A DNA stretch of 64,000 bases from Macrostomum hystrix (taxonomy: Eukaryota > Animalia > Platyhelminthes), in NCBI GenBank assembly GCA_950097015.1, contig CATNEN010000038.1:30566001-30630000 (forward strand). Direction: 5' to 3'. Positions 61,001 to 64,000 of this stretch are shown in pieces. The notes under the pieces were generated by a model that worked only from the letters and a program-made list of their open reading frames with translations, was not told where the DNA came from and searched no databases. Every line of letters starts with the position of its first letter. The first letter of the stretch is position 1. The position numbers and the translations under genes were made by a program.

Positions 61001-64000
61001 AGGAGAAGTAGAGGTAGAATTGGGAGGAGAAGTAGAGGTAGAATTGGGAGGAGAAGTAGATGTAGAATTGGGAGGAGAAGTAGATGTAGAATTGGGAGGA
61101 GAAGTAGATGTAGAATTGGGAGGAGAAGTAGATGTAGAATTGGGAGGAGAAGTAGAGGTAGAATTGGGAGGAGAAGTAGAGGTAGAATTGGGAGGAGAAG
61201 TAGATGTAGAATTGGGAGGAGAAGTTGATGTAGAATTGGGAGGAGAAGTAGAGGTAGAATTGGGAGGAGAAGTAGAGGTAGAATTGGGAGGAGAAGTAGA
61301 TGTAGAATTGGGAGGAGAAGTAGATGTAGAATTGGGAGGAGAAGTAGAGGTAGAATTGGGAGGAGAAGTAGAGGTAGAATTGGGAGGAGAAGTAGATGTA
61401 GAATTGTGGGGAGAAGTAGAGGTAGAATTGGGAGGAGAAGTAGATGTAGAATTGGGAGGAGAAGTAGATGTAGAATTGGGAGGAGAAGTAGAGGTAGAAT
61501 TGGGAGGAGAAGTAGAGGTAGAATTGGGAGGAGAAGTAGATGTAGAATTGGGAGGAGAAGTAGATGTAGAATTGGGAGGAGAAGTAGATGTAGAATTGGG
61601 AGGAGAAGTAGATGTAGAATTGGGAGGAGAAGTAGAGGTAGAATTGGGAGGAGAAGTAGAGGTAGAATTGGGAGGAGAAGTAGATGTAGAATTGGGAGGA
61701 GAAGTTGATGTAGAATTGGGAGGAGAAGTAGAGGTAGAATTGGGAGGAGAAGTAGAGGTAGAATTGGGAGGAGAAGTAGATGTAGAATTGGGAGGAGAAG
61801 TAGATGTAGAATTGGGAGGAGAAGTAGAGGTAGAATTGGGAGGAGAAGTAGAGGTAGAATTGGGAGGAGAAGTAGAGGTAGAATTGGGAGGAGAAGTAGA
61901 GGTAGAATTGGGAGGAGAAGTAGAGGTAGAATTGGGAGGAGAAGTAGAGGTAGAATTGGGAGGAGAAGTAGATGTAGAATTGTGGGGAGAAGTAGAGGTA
62001 GAATTGGGAGGAGAAGTAGATGTAGAATTGGGAGGAGAAGTAGAGGTAGAATTGGGAGGAGAAGTAGAGGTAGAATTGGGAGGAGAAGTAGAGGTAGAAT
62101 TGGGAGGAGAAGTAGAGGTAGAATTGGTCAAAAGAAAGGTTATAAACTGGAAGAATAAATATGAGATGTCTGAAGCGAATGATTTGGAATTTGTGTTCAT
62201 CAGCTAGCAAGCCAGTATCCCAATTTAAAACTTCCCTCAGGGGATTTTTCATCTTGCCCAGATACCAAAAAAGCATGGAACATTCTGCAGGTTAATCTCA
62301 GCATCTATCCGTGCCTTATTTCCTCCCACGCCTGTATCTGGCTGGTTGGGAAGGTATTTTCATTAATATCGCCTCTCTCGACTGCACCCCCATTGAAGGT
62401 TGCCAAAAATATGCTGGTGCCAGCATGGGATTTGAAATGATCGTCTCGACTACCTAGAGCTCAGCGTGGACTGGATAAGATAATTGTTTGCCATCAAGTG
62501 CTCAATGGAGGAACTAATGCCTATTTAATTCGCAGGAATCGCATAAATAATTATTTATTGTTTATTATTTTTACACACTGCAAGATATTGATACAACTGC
62601 TTTTCGAAAAACAATGTGGCAATTTTTATGTAAGAAAATATGAACTCAATCCTCCCCATTTTAAATATCAATCTTTTCCCGTCTTTCTCTACAATTACCA
62701 ACATTTTTCACCTATCTATTCCACAAGTTTTTCTTCACCAATCTTTCTCGCCTCCCTTTCCCAATATTTCTTCCCTCCCTTTCCCAATCTTTCTCCCCTC
62801 CCTTTCCCAATCTTTCTTCCCTCCCTTTCCCAATCTTTCTCCCCTCCCTTTCCCAATATTTCTTCCCTCCCTTTCCCAATCTTTCTCCCCTCCCTTTCCC
62901 AATCTTTCTCCCCTCCCTTTCCCAATCTTTCTCCCCTCTCTTCCCCAATCTTTCTCCTCTCTCTTCCTCAATCATTCTCCCCTCTCTTCCCCAATCTTTC
63001 TTCCCTCTCTTCCTCAATCATTCTCCCCTCTCTTCCCCAATCTTTCTCCCCTCTCTTCCCCAATCTTTCTGCCCTCTCTTCCACAATATTTCTCCCTCTC
63101 TTCCCCAATCTTTCTCCCTTCTCTTTCCCAATCTTTCTCCCCTCTCTTTCCCAATATTTCTCCCTTCTCTTCCCCAATCTTTCTCCCCTCCCTTTCCCAA
63201 TCTTTTTCCCCTCTCTTCCTCAATATATCTCCCTCTCTTCCCCAATCTTTCTCCCCTCTCTTCCCCAATCTTTCTCCCCTCTCTTCCTCAATATTTCTCC
63301 CTCTCTTCCCCAATCTTTCTCCCTCTCTTTCCCAATCTTTCTCCCCTCTCTTCCCTAATCTTTCTCCCCTCTCTTCCCCAATCTTTATCCCCTCTCTTCC
63401 CCAATCTTTCTCCCCTCTCTTCCCCAATCTTTCTCCCCTCTCTTCCTCAATATATCTCCCTCTCTTCCCCAATCTTTCTCCCCTCTCTTCCTCAATCTTT
63501 CTCCCCTCTCTTCCCCAATCTTTCTCCCCTCTCTTCCTCAATATTTCTCCCTCTCTTCCCCAGTCTTTCTCCCCTCTCTTCCCCAATCTTTCTCCCCTCT
63601 CTTCCCCAATCTTTCTCCCCTCTCTTCCTCAATCTTTCTCCCTCTCTTCCCCAATATTTCTCCCCTCTCTTCCTCAATATATCTCCCTCTCTTCCCCAAT
63701 CTTTCTCCCCTCTCTTCCTCAATCTTTCTCCCCTCTCTTCCCCAATCTTTCTCCCCTCTCTTCCTCAATATTTCTCCCTCTCTTCCCCAGTCTTTCTCCC
63801 CTCTCTTCCCTAATCTTTCTCCCCTCTCTTCCTCAATATATCTCCCTCTCTTCCCCAGTCTTTCTCCCCTCTCTTCCCCAATCTTTCTCCCCTCTCTTCC
63901 CCAATCTTTCTCCCCTCTCTTCCTCAATCTTTCTCCCTCTCTTCCCCAATATTTCTCCCTTCTCTTTCCCAGCGTTTCCACTCACCCAGCACGCTGACAA
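27963..64000 (-). CDS. ed: Echinoid-like (nephrin-related) Ig-superfamily adhesion receptor: 6 Ig domains plus the end of another in window, 2 FN3, TM, cytoplasmic tail with PDZ-binding C-terminus; 5' end outside window
   Basis: Hand-assembled GT-AG exons, all phase-compatible: >64000-63986, 52451-52107, 51325-51194, 50426-49917, 49623-49251, 49175-49033, 48609-48092, 47817-47481, 36969-36819, 28943-28543, 28161-28114, 28036-27963 (~1015 codons). Echinoid-like segments SYLNFRGAQRLNGQLRPEDNGLFLC..LNVEFEPQ, YRVSVCL..EVCG, and C-terminus KKIVYEVVV* (cf. Echinoid ...EIIV). Orthology is from memory, not from a search. Confidence 0.85.
28114..28161 (-). CDS. Echinoid-like 48-nt cytoplasmic exon (AQQQQQQHFVFPEDNR)
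   Basis: ttttgctatccag| acceptor and |GTGAGT donor, phase 1-1. Confidence 0.75.
28215..28475. repeat. Degenerate ~23-bp intronic tandem repeat (atcccattgttagactg-like)
   Basis: Recurrent cccattgtta / ccgattgtta motifs. Confidence 0.6.
28543..28943 (-). CDS. Echinoid-like cytoplasmic exon (poly-Ala, poly-Gln)
   Basis: tatttcag| acceptor in phase 2 matching the TM exon; GAG|GTAACG donor in phase 1 matching the next exon. Confidence 0.8.
29045..29199 (-). repeat. 3' LTR
   Basis: 155 bp, identical to 33513-33667. Confidence 0.97.
29386..33381 (-). CDS. Gypsy gag-pol polyprotein (1331 aa)
   Basis: Two CCHC knuckles (CSKCGGGH..C, CHVCGKANHFGRMC), protease LVDSGA, RT YIDD, RNase H (ACDSS..EREALA..TDHQAL), integrase (GHLG..CEAC, LDI..TDGG..AVERFN); PR-RT-RH-INT order. 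Confidence 0.97.
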   Translation of the reverse strand: MTSDSNSAEAPRISVSPPDQFLPQPGRPARPWKEWKALFENYLLAAGYDTLPEARRRALLLHCLGAEGQRVFAAVAATKRPSPTELAATVAILDEQFGAKVNVVAERHKFRQRSQRPGEKIADFVAALYALAGSCEFRDMMEEMIRDQIVEKVSDRRIRERLLIEDGLTLQKAVTLSQQWETSIAEASAIETEGAAAAGAQLEEEVKRVRLQPDRKNTGQGRPDRESCSKCGGGHNRRARCPAEGKSCHVCGKANHFGRMCRSQGDKVAEVMDESGQAVYMVRGAASPDIRCRLKVHGIWLNLLVDSGAKVSILSERTFRKLGNRSPLQPSTKKLIAYNGKAIDVVGEAVLSVSYRGQLVPFFCFTVVRQGSDIMGTDLMQHLSFQVVDKDGDLVRTVEKTAELPVWLAERFKPLTQGLGRIRGFEHRPRLNPAVPPVAQSLRRIPLSIKDKVQAEIDQLLEDDIIEEIQASEWISNLVIVPKPDGKIRVCNDLRCPNKAIVPDKQPLPTFEELTTEFKGSTVFTKLDLNSSYLQLELAEDRRDLTAFITEKGLYRYKRVCYGLNSAPAAFQKVLSKILHGCSGTLHYIDDIVVHAANEAEHLRRLTTVLDKLLAHGVTLNASKCQWAAETVQFLGYIVSARGLQPMQSNVEDIEAVPEPQNAEAVASFLGMVKFYSNFLHNLSDIAEPLLLLLRKEQPWNWTTDCQKAFWRLKKMVVSPTCLRFFSPDDKIIVACDSSAHALGAVLMQDDSAGVRRPVAFASRTLSATERKYSASEREALACIFACERWHYFLFGRRFELHTDHQALTTLLTAQGSGHRPLRLHRWADRLLAYDFQVCHVPGKKNIVPDFLSRHGTLGAKCPRQSEEDSTELQVNAVLLSGALEIVSPSELAEASLQDPVINDAVTMTLQGWPNSIKQLKPELQPFWRMRTQLALWNDGKCLANGTRAVIPASLREKTLQLAHFGHLGVSKMKQHCRDAVWWPQIDQHIEEFVRHCEACLLSEKNFKPPKTVLTPTKWPTRPWEELQLDIFGELHSAPNSCRFILVLYDLHSKWPEAACMSTVTSADVIDALTTWFSRWGLPKSIKTDGGPQFVSGDFEDFLQRCGIRHRQSPHYHPQGNAAVERFNRFLKDGLKTHLEEGYDFKDAVKTLLWSYRATPHALTGVSPAELMTGRKISTPLTALQPRTTARHRLAASIKRRQQRVFDQLNTTRRPPPTFIVGDWVRVKRPFARGKLSSRLSEPRQISRIASATTVILSDGSRWHVDNCVRVPRPAGALPHWPAPAPSAAGTAAEAATAADPARQQQPAQTAIRVSSRPRAPPQWYGEIVTH
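33513..33667 (-). repeat. 5' LTR
   Basis: 155 bp, identical to 29045-29199. Confidence 0.97.
34231..34330 (-). mobile_element. SINE family A internal fragment
   Basis: gccctgacttttctcat..tcaggcagtgtacactctcgctgtgccc is the reverse complement of the SINE A body. Confidence 0.65.
34735..35045 (+). mobile_element. tRNA-derived SINE, family A, near-complete copy
   Basis: A-box-like TGGCAGGGCGG, B-box-like GAGCTCGATTCC, body shared with four other copies in the window. Confidence 0.85.
35104..35168 (-). pseudogene. tRNA-like sequence (pseudogene or SINE head)
   Basis: Minus strand ggttgctgagcgataaggg...aggtcccgagttcgaatccgtcgc: B box intact, stems imperfect. Confidence 0.5.
36006..36074 (-). 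pseudogene. tRNA-like sequence (pseudogene or SINE head)
   Basis: Minus strand ggactgTAGCCTAGTGGttagagc...aggtcggggGTTCGATTCccgactgca: A and B boxes present, acceptor and anticodon stems imperfect. Confidence 0.55.
36108..36750 (+). mobile_element. SINE family A copy, 5'-truncated and interrupted by a LINE fragment
   Basis: SINE body 36108-36312 resumes at 36709 (gtacacacctgtgtgagtgtgt..aggagtcagc). Confidence 0.85.
36313..36708 (+). mobile_element. 5'-truncated non-LTR retrotransposon 3' end (RTE-like) encoding C2HC zinc fingers, with (GAA)n tail
   Basis: ORF with three CxxC...HxxxC motifs ending TGA at 36652; (aag)n tail; 9-bp TSD gtacacacc (36304-36312, 36709-36717). Confidence 0.75.
36819..36969 (-). 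CDS. Echinoid-like transmembrane exon
   Basis: atttcag| ... |GTAAGT; encodes TTLPEVQTSTILIVGASCTAVIIVLITVLTYFCCKRPKVYKDMESSNAA. Absent from the ORF track. Confidence 0.88.
37017..37891. repeat. 18-bp minisatellite (tctcttgtacagccagaW)n, ~48 units
   Basis: Direct observation. Confidence 0.97.
38101..44281. repeat. 17-bp purine-rich satellite (gatgggagaaggataga)n, ~363 units, with higher-order structure
   Basis: Direct observation; the rare ttacag variant recurs at exact multiples of 17. Confidence 0.98.
44953..46106. repeat. ~15-bp GA-rich repeat (agagtaagagaggag)n
   Basis: Direct observation. Confidence 0.95.
46551..47055. repeat. (gatccccagatccct)-type 15-bp repeat
   Basis: Direct observation. 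Confidence 0.95.
47481..47817 (-). CDS. Echinoid-like exon: end of FN3-1 and divergent FN3-2
   Basis: ttttcag|ATCTACGGC (IYGLNELGQSNYS completes the FN3) ... A|GTGAGT. Confidence 0.88.
47899..47914 (-). promoter_or_regulatory. Canonical histone-type 3' stem-loop inside an Echinoid-like intron (sense orientation)
   Basis: Minus strand TCAAAC-GGCCCT-TTTA-AGGGCC-ACAGA; no histone coding sequence nearby. Confidence 0.7.
48092..48609 (-). CDS. Echinoid-like exon: Ig domain plus most of FN3-1
   Basis: FSCPVLAQPRPIIRW..GLYTCIATNRLG; PDAPTQL..LTWSTAFSGG..ITGLMPGTNYTIQ|GTGAGT. Confidence 0.9.
48614..48985. repeat. 16-bp intronic repeat (gtgactgattgacagR)n abutting the acceptor
   Basis: Direct observation. 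Confidence 0.95.
49033..49175 (-). CDS. Echinoid-like Ig exon
   Basis: tttctag| IRTTSYLNFRGAQRLNGQLRPEDNGLFLCEATNKRG..LNVE |GTAGGT; phases 2 and 1. Confidence 0.88.
49251..49623 (-). CDS. Echinoid-like Ig exon
   Basis: GVPSPTFRW..DSGMYFCTPSN..LVCTARAKPEASFAWYKDG; splice sites in phase. Confidence 0.9.
49679..49902. repeat. 9-bp intronic repeat (ctagtcact)n
   Basis: Direct observation. Confidence 0.95.
49917..50426 (-). CDS. Echinoid-like Ig exon
   Basis: SGIYRCIGSNQLG..IECSADSNPPA..DAGVWQCQYTN; splice sites in phase. Confidence 0.9.
50478..51000. repeat. Degenerate A-rich repeat (acagaataacaaacat)n
   Basis: Direct observation. Confidence 0.85.
51194..51325 (-). CDS. Echinoid-like Ig exon
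   Basis: KPIVTSMPPLVMVLGSESVIECSATGNPDPAV; phase 1-1. Confidence 0.85.
51377..52062. repeat. 21-bp intronic repeat (taacaggtRactaaactagtc)n
   Basis: Direct observation. Confidence 0.97.
52107..52451 (-). CDS. Echinoid-like Ig (C2/CD80-like) exon
   Basis: ITCSTSGGNPLPSLHW..DNNRAIVRCLATNPV; ctttcag| and |GTAAGC. Confidence 0.9.
52603..53093. repeat. 8-bp repeat (acagagac)n
   Basis: Direct observation. Confidence 0.95.
54345..54410 (+). pseudogene. tRNA-like sequence / SINE head related to 36006-36074
   Basis: ggagcccagtggtaac...gtcgggggttcgattccc shares the B-box block with the 36006 copy. Confidence 0.45.
54799..55225. repeat. CT-rich repeat (cttatctccccgcgt / ctgtctcatctctccc)
   Basis: Direct observation. 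Confidence 0.9.
56067..56315. repeat. CT-rich low-complexity repeat
   Basis: Direct observation. Confidence 0.85.
57222..57940. repeat. 21-bp repeat (ccctacttctctcctctctca)n
   Basis: Direct observation. Confidence 0.95.
58645..58790 (-). mobile_element. SINE family A degenerate 3' fragment
   Basis: agacccgcagccagcgaggaggcaattctgcccatt..gactcctgagcacacac is the reverse complement of ~34980-35040. Confidence 0.75.
59055..62126. repeat. 24-bp purine-rich satellite (aattgggaggagaagtagaggtag)n, ~128 units
   Basis: Direct observation. Confidence 0.98.
62737..63970. repeat. ~22-bp pyrimidine-rich repeat (cccaatctttctcccctctcttc)n next to a donor site
   Basis: Direct observation. Confidence 0.95.
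63986..64000 (-). CDS. 3' end of an upstream Echinoid-like Ig exon (..VSVL G|GTGAGT)
   Basis: Perfect donor; the phase-1 join gives VSVL-V-APTLP, a typical Ig-Ig junction. Only 15 nt are visible. Confidence 0.6.

Noticed and set aside
59021-62276. 1059-aa NSTSTSPP mucin-like ORF and overlapping ORFs
   Set aside because: Translation of a 24-bp satellite open in several frames on both strands, inside an intron. No splice sites tie it to the gene model.

Overview
Eukaryotic (metazoan) genomic DNA. The H2B sequence and satellite-filled introns suggest a flatworm such as Macrostomum, but this is inference only. Left to right the window holds: (1) the 3' part of a giant, >14 kb single-exon ORF for a disordered protein with about 100 tandem 22/29-aa charge-alternating repeats; (2) an internally deleted Tc1 element; (3) a DAZAP2 homolog; (4) a two-exon orphan type-I membrane protein; (5) a secreted Cys-rich/mucin-like protein; (6) a solitary replication-type histone H2B. 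From 27963 to beyond the right edge lies a minus-strand Echinoid-like Ig/FN3 adhesion receptor, which I rebuilt by hand from 12 phase-consistent exons (C-terminus KKIVYEVVV). Its introns carry an intact, very young Mag-type Gypsy element (identical 155-bp LTRs, CACCC TSD), tRNA-derived SINEs, a LINE 3' fragment nested in a SINE, and a different tandem repeat in most introns. The most unusual signal is a canonical histone 3'-end stem-loop in sense orientation inside a small intron of the Echinoid-like gene, 42 nt after an in-frame read-through stop. A further non-canonical stem-loop lies downstream of H2B. Most long ORFs in the right half are translations of satellites, not genes.
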